The notes beneath the pieces are model-generated. The model did not search any database, was not told where the DNA came from, and worked only from the letters and a program-made list of their open reading frames with translations. DNA of 39,228 nt from the NCBI RefSeq assembly GCF_001194135.2, contig NC_068988.1, positions 97,127,231-97,166,458 of the forward strand. Direction: 5' to 3'. The position numbers and the translations under genes were made by a program. Source of the DNA: Octopus bimaculoides (taxonomy: Eukaryota). Shown in pieces: positions 1 through 12,739 of the stretch (position 1 is its first letter; each line of letters opens with the position of its first letter).

Positions 1-226
1 TGTATATATTGTTGGCGTCATAAGAGTTTCATAAATTTTCGAGTGAGCGAGAGAACGTGAAGTAATTCTGTTTTTTCTAACAGTGTACGTAGCTCGAAGC
101 ATATATAAGGCTTTAAATAACACCATGTAAATATTAGGCTCGTGTCCTTCGACTTTCTCTATTCTAGATGGCTTTTTCAATATTTACCTACTATTGTTTA
201 TTGCTTTAGAAAAAAAATCAGAAAAG

Positions 227-228
<2 letters not shown>

Positions 229-263
<35 letters not shown>

Positions 264-341
264 CACACATACACACACACATGCACATATACACGCATAC
301 ACACACACACACACACACACATGCACACCCACACATGCACA
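229..341. repeat. Compound (CT)n/(CA)n microsatellite
   Basis: Read directly. Confidence 0.95.
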
Positions 342-1042
342 CCCACTTGAAGAAGATCTAATGCTGCCTGGGGTATAATGGACGCAGTTGGTTGCCAATT
401 TGTCCTGTGAGAATCATCGTATTCCATATTCCACATACTATGTAAACGTGATCGATAATATTTATAGACGTTTCTGCTTCATGTCTTCTTAAACTGATAC
501 TCTAATTCCAATAATCAATAAAAAGGAAAATAATATTCCAACCGGAACAATTTAGAGAAAATATAAACAAAGAATACGAAATATCTACTTTAAGCATGTC
601 CCTTCGCACCTGTTTAGTTTGAATCTGTTTCAAATATTTTATTGTTGATATTTCTGTGTTTTAAACGTTGGAGATTACGATGGTTGGTAGAAGGATCACA
701 AAATACATTATTCTTCAAACATTTATTATGCCTATGTAAGACTAAACCTAATCCTTATTCTAATTTAATTTTAATTTTAAGCGAAAACCGCCCGAATTTG
801 TAATACATTTAATATTTTTTTTAAAAAAGGATATTTTGAAAAACATCTCAAAATAGAAAAGTTTATAAAGATTGTATACTTCTAAATGGAGCGTGTGAAA
901 TGCTTGAAATCAAAATATCAAATTTTAAAATAATTATTTTGTTTTCGAACCCAAAGGAAATTTCTCAAAATAAAATGGAGTTAGGCGGATGAGATTCATA
1001 TTGCACAACCCTGTCAATATGCATATATATATATATACATAG

Positions 1043-1687
1043 TGCCGCCTGTCTGGCTCCCCGTACTACCCTCATCTGTGTTTCTTGCCTAGAGTTCATC
1101 TGGAACTCTTGACAAAAGGAGATCCAGTTTTGTTTTGAAAATGCCATCATCCACGCCATGCACGTTTTGTAAGGAGGATATTGAAGAGCTGTGGGCCCTT
1201 CAATCTCAAGCTATTGCAGTATCTGGTCCTGTATCCTGATAGCAGTGTTGGGATTTTTGGTACTATGCAGTGGCGCCCCGTCCTGCTGTTTGTGAAACTG
1301 ATAATGCCAAAGTTTGGTACATGTTCTTCTAGGATTTTCCAGACGTACATTACTACGTATCTTTCCCGCCTTCGTTCCGGGAAATAGAGTCCCAACTCTT
1401 CCAGTCTCTTCCATTAGCAGATATGTCGCATTGTAACGATCTTCTTTGTGTAGCTTCGCTGGATGGCTGGATGGCTGGATGGCCTTGAGTTTCGCCGTTA
1501 CTTTTACACTTTTTGGCGACCAAAGTTGGGAGCAGTAATCCTAATCCAGATGGCTGAGGCTGAAAGTCTTCCAGGGGACCATCATGGTTTCCTTTTCTCT
1601 CGTTTTGAAAGTCCGAAGGATCCATCCGGACAAGCGTCTGCATTTTATTGCCAACTTAGGAATATGAACCTGGAATGGGTAATTAAT
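1043..1687 (-). mobile_element. CR1-group LINE, decayed ORF2 C-terminal fragment running into the N gap
   Basis: Minus-strand translation across stops and frameshifts: ...CRRLSGWILRTFKTREKETMMVPWKTFSLSHLD*DYCSQLWSP..TAKLKAIQ / RSYTKKI...W.RLEELGLYFPERRRERYVVMYVWKILEEHVPN...SLRLKGPQLFNIL / DDGIFKTKLDLLLSRVPDE. DYCSQLWSP, LYSLERRRER-like and GPxLFN motifs are typical of the post-RT region of CR1-group LINEs. Clade assigned from remembered motifs. Confidence 0.85.
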
Positions 1688-2052
1688 NNNNNNNNNNNNN
1701 NNNNNNNNNNNNNNNNNNNNNNNNNNNNNNNNNNNNNNNNNNNNNNNNNNNNNNNNNNNNNNNNNNNNNNNNNNNNNNNNNNNNNNNNNNNNNNNNNNNN
1801 NNNNNNNNNNNNNNNNNNNNNNNNNNNNNNNNNNNNNNNNNNNNNNNNNNNNNNNNNNNNNNNNNNNNNNNNNNNNNNNNNNNNNNNNNNNNNNNNNNNN
1901 NNNNNNNNNNNNNNNNNNNNNNNNNNNNNNNNNNNNNNNNNNNNNNNNNNNNNNNNNNNNNNNNNNNNNNNNNNNNNNNNNNNNNNNNNNNNNNNNNNNN
2001 NNNNNNNNNNNNNNNNNNNNNNNNNNNNNNNNNNNNNNNNNNNNNNNNNNNN

Positions 2053-2100
<48 letters not shown>

Positions 2101-2385
2101 AGTTGAATACATAAATACAGGAATACTAGCAATGAAGTATGTAAACAAATGCGTGTTTGTGCGCGTAGTCAAGAATGGTGAGGGCCACTTAAACCTCACG
2201 CTTCGTGTGGAGTGTTTGAATAAATAAAGCAGAAATGTGAATATATTTAATGTGTAACAAGCATAAGGTTAACGCTCTTGTCTCATGTCAGTCAAAACAG
2301 ACAGCATCTTGACATTCTCGGAACCCGATGTAATATCAGTATTTTCATTTAAAGCTGATGACAGTACTTTTAAAATACGAAGTCG

Positions 2386-2429
2386 TATGTATTTATGTAT
2401 GAATGCATGTATGTATGTAAGTATATATG

Positions 2430-2481
<52 letters not shown>

Positions 2482-2670
2482 TGTGTGTGTGCTTGTGTGT
2501 ACGCATGTAATTGCCGGGAAAATTTCATCACAAAAATAAAAAAATATTTTTTGACAGAAAATTGTTACGTCTTATTTTGTTTATTAAAGGATTGTTTTAC
2601 CATTACACACACACACGCGCACGCATATACATACATACAAATATATATACACACACACACACACTCATAT

Positions 2671-2713
<43 letters not shown>

Positions 2714-2755
2714 GACATACACATACACACATGCGCATATACATACATACATACA

Positions 2756-2800
<45 letters not shown>
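2386..2800. repeat. Two clusters of (TA)/(TG)/(CA) microsatellites ending at a gap
   Basis: Read directly; about 100 bp of AT-rich spacer at 2505-2603. Confidence 0.9.
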
Positions 2801-4069
2801 NNNNNNNNNNNNNNNNNNNNNNNNNNNNNNNNNNNNNNNNNNNNNNNNNNNNNNNNNNNNNNNNNNNNNNNNNNNNNNNNNNNNNNNNNNNNNNNNNNNN
2901 NNNNNNNNNNNNNNNNNNNNNNNNNNNNNNNNNNNNNNNNNNNNNNNNNNNNNNNNNNNNNNNNNNNNNNNNNNNNNNNNNNNNNNNNNNNNNNNNNNNN
3001 NNNNNNNNNNNNNNNNNNNNNNNNNNNNNNNNNNNNNNNNNNNNNNNNNNNNNNNNNNNNNNNNNNNNNNNNNNNNNNNNNNNNNNNNNNNNNNNNNNNN
3101 NNNNNNNNNNNNNNNNNNNNNNNNNNNNNNNNNNNNNNNNNNNNNNNNNNNNNNNNNNNNNNNNNNNNNNNNNNNNNNNNNNNNNNNNNNNNNNNNNNNN
3201 NNNNNNNNNNNNNNNNNNNNNNNNNNNNNNNNNNNNNNNNNNNNNNNNNNNNNNNNNNNNNNNNNNNNNNNNNNNNNNNNNNNNNNNNNNNNNNNNNNNN
3301 NNNNNNNNNNNNNNNNNNNNNNNNNNNNNNNNNNNNNNNNNNNNNNNNNNNNNNNNNNNNNNNNNNNNNNNNNNNNNNNNNNNNNNNNNNNNNNNNNNNN
3401 NNNNNNNNNNNNNNNNNNNNNNNNNNNNNNNNNNNNNNNNNNNNNNNNNNNNNNNNNNNNNNNNNNNNNNNNNNNNNNNNNNNNNNNNNNNNNNNNNNNN
3501 NNNNNNNNNNNNNNNNNNNNNNNNNNNNNNNNNNNNNNNNNNNNNNNNNNNNNNNNNNNNNNNNNNNNNNNNNNNNNNNNNNNNNNNNNNNNNNNNNNNN
3601 NNNNNNNNNNNNNNNNNNNNNNNNNNNNNNNNNNNNNNNNNNNNNNNNNNNNNNNNNNNNNNNNNNNNNNNNNNNNNNNNNNNNNNNNNNNNNNNNNNNN
3701 NNNNNNNNNNNNNNNNNNNNNNNNNNNNNNNNNNNNNNNNNNNNNNNTATATATAAGAGTTAAGGAACAGAGCCGATAAGATGCGGGCTACATATGTTTC
3801 ATATCGAGTAGAATCTAGGAAGTGCTAAATATCCAAGCGAGGTGCATACCGCAGGCTATTCGTCAGGCCAAAGATATCTTGATTGAAGGAAAGTTTACAT
3901 TGTCGCAAGGGGGAACTTGTTAACACATAGAAATCAATCAGAGGTGAAAGTTGTAGCTACAATGAGAAGGAATGTCTGTCGCCACTTCATCGTGGCTCTT
4001 CCATACGAATCAACGTGGCTAGCATTTTGTAATCTGAAGAGGATGCCTTTTCTTGATGATAATTATCGA

Positions 4070-4240
4070 TGCGATCGGCTGGTTATCGATGCATGTCGCT
4101 AGAAGATGGTAGGGGTTCACTCCCCTGCTTGCAATATATATCGGAGGCAGACTGTATCAATAACTAGTGAGGGTAGGCGTCCTCTTGGGGTTAAAAAATG
4201 GTAGTAACGTCGATTCGTACGGAACAGCCATGTTGAAGTG
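4070..4240 (+). mobile_element. Possible highly decayed tRNA-headed SINE (third family)
   Basis: B-box-like ggggttcactcccc near 4111-4124, a weak A-box-like segment upstream, and a GC-richer body. No second copy in the window. Confidence 0.25.
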
Positions 4241-4265
4241 GCGACAAACATTACTCCTCATAATA

Positions 4266-4461
4266 ATCTTTTCGATTCAAGGCCCAAAACTTGAAATTTG
4301 GAAGGAGGAAACTAGTCGATTGCACTGAGCCCACTGCTTGACTGGTATTTGGTTTATCGAGCTTGAAAGATTGAAAGGCAGAGTTACGACGGAACTTGAA
4401 CTCAGAACGTTAAGACGGATGAAATGCCGCTAAGCATTTTATCCGGCATGCTAATGATTCT
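4266..4461 (-). mobile_element. SINE family A, older copy (A1), extreme 5' head missing
   Basis: Aligns by eye to the 4458-4690 copy (actggta..ttatcga..gaaag.tgaaaggca.ag...gaacttgaactcagaacgt.aagacgga.gaaat.ccgctaagcatttt.tccggc.tgctaa.gattct) but has a different tail. Confidence 0.85.
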
Positions 4462-4690
4462 TATTTCATTATTGCTCACAAGGGGCTAAACATAGAGGGG
4501 ACAAACAAGGACAGACAAGGGGATTAAGTCGATTACATCGACCCCAGTGTGTAACTGGTACTTAATTTATCGACCCCGAAAGGATGAAAGGCAAAGTCGA
4601 CCTCGGCGGAATTTGAATTCAGAACGTAAAGACAGACGAAATACCGCGAAGCATTTGACCTGTCCGGTGTGCTGACGATTCTGCCAGCTC
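4458..4690 (-). mobile_element. SINE family A, near full-length young copy (A2)
   Basis: Minus strand reads gagctggcagaatcgtcagc (A-box-like), ctgaattcaaattccgccg (B-box-like), the body aggtcgactttgcctttcatcctttcggggtcgataaattaagtaccagt, and a tail ending aataatgaaataagaa. The body recurs at several other places in the window. Confidence 0.92.
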
Positions 4691-5557
4691 AATACCACAG
4701 CTTGCTTCTGAATAGTAAATTTCTGGTTGACCTGTTACACTTTGAAAGTCTCTTTTCATTTAACAAAATGAAATAAATAAATAAAAAGCTAAAGAAAAAA
4801 CTTCTATCTTCCTACACAATTGAAAACAATTTCTATTATACAAATAAGAACATTTGAAATAATAAATACATTGTAGAATTTTAAAAATTAACAAATTTTT
4901 CAGGGAGCAACAAAACATGAAGAAAAGTAAAGAGGAGCAATTTACATTTCATTAGTGAGATGTTCCAAAAGCTGTTCTGCAAAATCATTGGTCATTTATA
5001 TTCTAGAGTAGAGAGAGGTCAACACTCAATTAGATTCTATAACATTCGTTCCAATAAAATATATTTACAAAATTGATTCAAGAAAGTTAATCTAGTAAAG
5101 TCTTTGAGATATTTTGAAGTTAATTTTTATTTTAGTGAACATGAGAATTTAATAAAGTCTAGAATTACATTCTCACCTCAAATGTGACCTTGTATTATAT
5201 TTAGTTATAGTCTAGTTTGGAGCTGTTGAGGATTACAATACAGACATGGTAACGTTTAATATAACTATATTTAATATCTTTGACATATGGGTGCATTTTT
5301 ATTATAAAGGAGCTGACCTGTCAAATTTTGATTATAATTATGCATAATGGAATAATTTTCCATGTTATTTAAAACTAATATTGATTTCCCGCAGCAAACT
5401 GACATTGTGGTTAACGTATCTGTCAGAATGTCTAAGCAGTGTTTATTCCGGCCGTCTTTACTGTAAGTTCAAAACCTCTTCTGGTAAGTCTTACCTTCCA
5501 TCTTTTCGCTATCAGTTGATGATATATACATTTTATAGACACTGTATGCTGCATGTC

Positions 5558-5752
5558 CTTTCTATTAAAGCCTGGAGGGAAGAGGGAGTCGATTCTTTCG
5601 AAACCAGTGCATAACTGGTACATATTTAATCGACCTCGAAAGAATGAAAGGCAAAGTCGACCTCGGCGAAAATTTGAACTGAAGACGTTAAGACGGACGA
5701 AATGCCGCGAAACATTTTGTCCGGTGGGCTAATGATTCTGTCAGCTCTCGCT
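5558..5752 (-). mobile_element. SINE family A copy (A3)
   Basis: Shares aactggtac..tt.atcgacc.cgaaag.atgaaaggcaaagtcgacctcggcg.aa.ttgaact...acgt.aagac.gacgaaat.ccgc with A2. Confidence 0.9.
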
Positions 5753-6894
5753 GCTTTGACATAAATGCTTTATATATTATATAAGATGTCATAAGCTATG
5801 CGCTTTCTCTATAAGACTTCTAATTTATTTAACTCCACAAGTTCACATCAGAGTGAATATCTCTCTTAAAACAAACAGCAAAATATTGTCAAAATAAAGG
5901 AGCTTTTGTGGATTAGTATCAAGTTTGAAGGCAGGGACCATAACCTTTTGTAGGAACTACAAGACTAGTGGTAGGGAGTGCGGTTGAAACTACTACAGAC
6001 GACATACTATAGTAAGAAGAAATGCATCAATATCTCTAGTTATCCTCAGACTAAGGCCATATTTGCTGAAGAATGAACCCAATTGATGACTGAGCAGCCA
6101 CTCACTCAGCCAATTGGAGATGTAAAACAAGACTATGGAATTCGTCGGCCATTGTAGTGAAGATGAAATACCTGGGGCAGGTATTCGCCTAATATCTATT
6201 TTTCCAATTTCATTCTTGAAACTTGATTATAAAGTGATCATCCTAACCGTACGTTCATATCTACGCCCAAATGATTTTCCAGGCGCATTTAAAGTTGAAT
6301 AATGAATATAACTTGTGTGGTTTGTGGAGGTTTTGAGCGATTTATGCAACAAATCAAATACTGTTTGAAAGCTACCTTAAGAAAGAACTGGACGAAACTA
6401 TCGAAATAGAATCTTTTGCGAAGCACAGGGCTCTGTTTTTTTACTTATTATCATCAAAACATTTTCAATTCAGAAAATGGTTCTCTGTATTTACAAGTCA
6501 CTTCGAATAGTTTATATAATGAAGCCTAAAGATGAAAACGTTGCATAAACCTTTGTAGATCAACCGGATGGAGACATCAAAAGACAGAACGCTTCAAGTC
6601 CCCCAGGACAGAAAAGTAACAAAAGACGGTAATAGATCTTGTAAAGTACTGTGTAGTGTTCTTCGAAATGAAACCATGTTAGAATTACAAGATGCTACAA
6701 CATAATGCACAAACATATTTTACATTTGCATCATTTGCATACGTCCAAACGAACGCATACGCGTAGCAAGCATGGAGGAAGGGACATTAAGTAATGATGC
6801 TAATGATGATAAGTATCTGTGTGTGTGTGTTTATATACACACACATATACGTACATAACATATCTATAACATACAGTGAAGGCGCGTGGCTTAG

Positions 6895-6895
<1 letters not shown>

Positions 6896-6940
<45 letters not shown>

Positions 6941-6941
6941 G

Positions 6942-6998
<57 letters not shown>

Positions 6999-7070
6999 AC
7001 ATACATACATACATTCATACATACATACATACATACATACATACATACATACATACATACATACATACAT
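6896..7070. repeat. Compound tetranucleotide microsatellite (TATC)n-(TACA)n
   Basis: Read directly. Confidence 0.95.
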
Positions 7071-7838
7071 GCATGCACACATACACACGGTTATGTATTA
7101 AAATGGAGGGAGATAGTGAGAGGGAGAGAGAAAGTGAGAGAGAGAGACTGGAAAAAGGAGATTAGAAAAAAAACATACAATTAAAAGGAAGAACAAGCAA
7201 ACAAATGATACATCTTGGTAGACAAGAAAAACACGCAGTGGAAAAAGAGTAAAAGAAAAAAGAAACGTAACAAAGAGAAAGATAGAATGTGTTCAATGAA
7301 AATAAATGTGAAATAAAATGAAATGGAAGAGAATGTAACGGTTTGTATTATCGTCTTTATCAGGAAAAATGTGAAAGAATTATTAAAGTTGGTAAGAGAC
7401 AAATACGGAGCAGTTTATGAACAGTTGGATAGTGAAATAGAAGTATTTGGAAATAGAGTCAGGGCATAGTGAGAGTAAGGATAGAAAGAGGGGGCGGCAG
7501 AAGGGGGAAGAGAGAGAGATAGAGAAAATGAGGGGGAAAAGGAGGAGAAATAAAGAGGAGGAAAGAGAAAAGGTGAGATGCAAGAGGGGAATGGTACCTG
7601 TCACGTGGGTTTGTGCTATGAGACAGATCTTGAAGTCAGAAGATAAATATCCAGGACATAAACCGACAGTTATTTTGTCCAATGCTGAGAAAGTTCCGAC
7701 AGAACGTCTCTCTGCCCTTATGCTTTAGTTGTTGACCCCGAAAGGGAGGAAAAGATACGTCTGCTTGCTCAGGATTGGAAACCACTGAGCAGTGAGCCGT
7801 TGTTGTATTATAAAGTATCAAGAAACTGTTAAAAGCCT

Positions 7839-8269
<431 letters not shown>

Positions 8270-8707
8270 ACAGAATACAAATCAGGAAAATAGAATTCGT
8301 AAGCTAAACTTCAAGATAATGATGAAACAGCATTCATTTGTCAGCCACTAAAATAGTTTTCATTTATAGATCTTTGTAAAAGCCGGTCCGCTACAAGTAA
8401 CTACCTTCAAATGAAAGCACACACCATACCTTAATCGAATAATTGCATTATTGCTGCCAATGTCCGCTCAATATTAGGAGAAATATTAAAGTAAGAAGCT
8501 AAGAAATAATATAAATGCTAATTAGTCTTTGGAATTTCAGCAGTAATGGTTTTCACAAGAAGAGGAGCAGCGCAGGAATTTCATTTTACAGCCAACAAAC
8601 CTTATCAAATTAAGCGTGTTTCTATGACATGATAACACACACACACACACATGCGTGCACACACGGAACGCACACACTCTTGCATAAACACGCCGGACGC
8701 CTACATG

Positions 8708-8746
<39 letters not shown>

Positions 8747-8756
8747 ATGTATATCG

Positions 8757-8798
<42 letters not shown>

Positions 8799-8953
8799 GT
8801 GCAATATATGTGTGTATACATATATACTTTTACAGATATATACATGGTTATATATCTAAATATGGACATGAATATATACGTATATGTCTCTACGCATACT
8901 TACGTGTATACACACACATACTCACACGCACACACACACACACATATACACAC

Positions 8954-8997
<44 letters not shown>

Positions 8998-9671
8998 TAT
9001 GTATCTAGATACATATTTACACAAACACATGTACACTCATATATAAGTTGTGCATATGTATATGTATATATATANNNNNNNNNNNNNNNNNNNNNNNNNN
9101 NNNNNNNNNNNNNNNNNNNNNNNNNNNNNNNNNNNNNNNNNNNNNNNNNNNNNNNNNNNNNNNNNNNNNNNNNNNNNNNNNNNNNNNNNNNNNNNNNNNN
9201 NNNNNNNNNNNNNNNNNNNNNNNNNNNNNNNNNNNNNNNNNNNNNNNNNNNNNNNNNNNNNNNNNNNNNNNNNNNNNNNNNNNNNNNNNNNNNNNNNNNN
9301 NNNNNNNNNNNNNNNNNNNNNNNNNNNNNNNNNNNNNNNNNNNNNNNNNNNNNNNNNNNNNNNNNNNNNNNNNNNNNNNNNNNNNNNNNNNNNNNNNNNN
9401 NNNNNNNNNNNNNNNNNNNNNNNNNNNNNNNNNNNNNNNNNNNNNNNNNNNNNNNNNNNNNNNNNNNNNNNNNNNNNNNNNNNNNNNNNNNNNNNNNATG
9501 TCCATCCGTATACGGTTACGCCTGTCTTTTAGCAATAGACTAAATTTATATGAATTTGTCAACAAAAGCATTCTTGCGAATTTTTCAATCAAAGAACGTA
9601 GAAAGAATTTTATTCTGTGAATAATAAACCAAAGTAAAACCGAAGTAAAACCTTCAAAGCTATGAGCAGAA

Positions 9672-9672
<1 letters not shown>

Positions 9673-9754
<82 letters not shown>

Positions 9755-9782
9755 AGTAATGATGATGATGATGATGATGATG

Positions 9783-9821
<39 letters not shown>

Positions 9822-9906
9822 GTAATAATAATAATAATAGAGATGATGAAGAAGAAAAAGAAGAAAATGCATTTATCATCATCGTCATCATCATCATCAT
9901 AATCAT
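9673..9906. repeat. Compound trinucleotide microsatellite (AAT)(GAT)(AAT)(GAA)(CAT)
   Basis: Read directly. Confidence 0.95.
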
Positions 9907-10296
9907 ATATATATAGCGAGAGAGAGAGAGAGAGGAGGAGGGAGGGAGAAAGAGACATAGGGGAAGAGAGAGGGAGATAGCGAGAGATGATGAAGTGTGT
10001 AACTAAGCAAGAATATGTTAGTGTGATGACGTATTGGGGAACCAAATCTAAATTTTACCCCCGAGTACCTAAGCCACTATTCCTGAGAGCCCCTTCGCAA
10101 ATCACTGCACAAGGATCACCGGACAATCAATCAAAACATAATGTACAGAATATGTTTGCCTTTACTTTCAATGAGGTCATATGCATAAAATGTTGTCTTT
10201 ATTTAACATGGGCAGCAAATATTCAGCTGAATTCTGTAATATTATAGGTCCGTGAATATTTCACATACAGCGGCCAGAATTCAAAATTGTTTTGGA

Positions 10297-10424
10297 GAAC
10301 TGCTTAGTTACAGGGTGTAAACACCAGTTGTCAAGCAGTGTAGTGGAGTAAAAACACAGACACAAAGACACACACACGCACACATATAAATACATACATA
10401 CGTCTCTCTCACTCTCTCTCTTTC

Positions 10425-10463
<39 letters not shown>

Positions 10464-10492
10464 CTCTCTCTATATATATCTATATCTATACC

Positions 10493-10539
<47 letters not shown>

Positions 10540-10679
10540 GTTTGTATGTATGTATGTATGTATACATGCACAAGTTTCTTTCCGTTTCCGTGTACCAAAT
10601 CCATTCCAGATGCCACACAGTGGGACTGAACCTGGAACCATGTAATTTGGAAGCAAAGTTCTACAACACAGCCACACCT
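10297..10679 (-). mobile_element. SINE family B copy (B1) with internal deletion and about 190-bp internal microsatellite expansion
   Basis: Minus-strand head gtggctgtgttgtag...ggttccaggttcagtcccactgtgtggc (A/B-box-like); 3' part matches the ttgacaac...taac..agc.gttc body of the 32220 copy. Confidence 0.8.
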
Positions 10680-10947
10680 TCACCTAATACTAACTGTATA
10701 CTTAGGATATAAATAAATTGCTTTTGTAATGAAAGAAAAATGAATGTCTATACATTAAATGGTTGAGGCGCATAAACAACTGTGAACTATTGTTTTTATG
10801 AATACGTAATCATTTGCATATTCATGTGATTTAGAAGAATCTTGGTCCTTAGGACTGCGTGACGCCATTGTTGATCTGTGAAGTACACAAGTGACTGAGA
10901 TCAGGACATAAACTGGATGCCGATCCGTTCTAGGGTTCAAATCCTCA

Positions 10948-10996
10948 ACTAGTACCCTTTTTAGCGACCCCGAAGGGATGAAAAGCAGAATTAGCC
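10948..10996 (-). mobile_element. Short SINE family A body fragment (A4)
   Basis: actagtaccc...gcgaccccgaagggatgaaaagcag matches the A2 body actggtac...tcgaccccgaaaggatgaaaggcaa. Confidence 0.5.
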
Positions 10997-11529
10997 TAAT
11001 GTATATACCCTAATGTATATATTTGTGCTTTTGATGGTTCGTTATTCGTTAAATATTATCTAGATTAGAGATTTCCCCCATTTTCTAGTGCGCAATTATG
11101 CATTACCAAGGGTAATGCATAATTGAAAGGATTTCAGTTAAGTCCAATGTTATGAGTTTGTTATTCTTTAAGCTGTATGGGGCAGGATGTTTTGTTTTAA
11201 TAAAACGAAGGTTACATATTTCTTGAAGGAATTCAAATCGACAACTAAAGAAGTTTAAAATGTTATTTCCTATATATTGTGTATGTATGTAAAGGTTATA
11301 ATTCAAGTAAGTAAAAATAAAAATAAAATAAAACAAAGATAAAATAAAATAAACACATATTTAAAAATATATATGAATAATAAGATAAAAATAATGTTAC
11401 ATCTGTAAGGGAAATTAATTATGTAATAAAATGGATAAATTTTAGAAAATTAGGGAATGGAACATAAAATCCAGGTTACATATGTTTGTTTTTTTTTCCC
11501 TGCTCGAAGCTTACTAACTTCCTACATCT

Positions 11530-11585
<56 letters not shown>

Positions 11586-11611
11586 ACATTCACGCGCACG
11601 CGCATGAGTGT

Positions 11612-11985
11612 ATCATTTATTTGTTACAGTCATTAAACTGCGACCATACTGGAGTACAGCCCTGAAGACTTTTAGTCGAACGAATCTACCTCAGTACATA
11701 GTTTTACGCCTGGTACTTATTCTATCGATTTCGTTTGCCGAACCGCTTATTTGTGATTGTCAAGCGGTGGCGAGGATAAGCACAAACAGAAAGACACACA
11801 CACGTACACTTATACGACTGGCTTCTTTCAGTTTCCCTATACCAAATCTACTCACAAGGCTGAGGCCGACCCGGAGCTATATTAAAGACACTTGCCCGAG
11901 GTACCACGAAGCGGAACTGAACCTGAGACCATGTGACTGAAAAAACAACTGGGAAAACAACTTAATACACAGCTAAGCCTGCATA
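11612..11985 (-). mobile_element. SINE family B, near full-length copy (B2)
   Basis: Contains ttctttcagtttcc.tataccaaatctactcacaaggct...gacacttgcccgaggtaccacg..gcggaactgaacctgagacc, the reverse complement of the head and body at 17677 and 32220, plus the 3' tail (ttagtcgaacgaatc..cctcagtac). Confidence 0.88.
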
Positions 11986-12698
11986 TATAATATTCAGTCG
12001 AGTTCTGCAATGAACATCTTACCGTAGTTTTTCCATTTATCAAAATTTACTTTGAGTTAAAGAAAGTTTCACCGGATTTCTGTTTTTATCTTTGGAAAAT
12101 TTGATTCTACCGAAGCAGAACATACTGTATAAGATTAGTTTAAGTTTGAAGTTTATTATCAGAATGAGGGATAGGAATGGGGTCAAATGGAAAAGAATGA
12201 GTTGAAACACTGACTTTTCGAATATACCGTTCCTCTTTGCTAGAATATCATAATCTCTGCTGTATGAAAAATGCAAAGAAATTCTTTGAAAAAAAGCCCT
12301 AAAAATTAAATGTGAATCATTTATTGCACAACACTGTACATATTTTTTAAAAAATTAGTCGTAAAATTCTTACTTTCGGCTATTTATAATGCAACCGACA
12401 ACTTTTCGAAAACTATGTTTTAATTTTTACATAATTGATCTCGTAACCCTGAAGTGGTTCCTGAAATTTCGTCAGCAGACGTGAACTGTTTTTCTTTATT
12501 TTCCTTCATCTCTGTCATCATATCAGGTTTTTTTTTACTTTCGTTATATATGGGAAACTTAGAATATTCATGTGGTATTTATTTTAGATATTAATATATC
12601 TGAGCAAGGGTGTGTACTGTAGATATACTATTGTATACTCTAGTATACACACACACACACGCACACACATAGACACACGTTCACACACATACACACAC

Positions 12699-12739
<41 letters not shown>

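Noticed and set aside
780-975. AT-rich stretch with transposon-like texture (also 12290-12480)
   Set aside because: No TIR pair, TSD, ORF or second copy identifiable by eye.
3850-4070. GC-richer stretch with ORF 3917-4102 (ALPYESTW, faintly like RTE LLYGSETW)
   Set aside because: Similarity too weak to call.
4600-4690. A-box/B-box pairs as possible tRNA genes (also 17677, 32220, 15460)
   Set aside because: No cloverleaf; each continues into a repeated SINE body.
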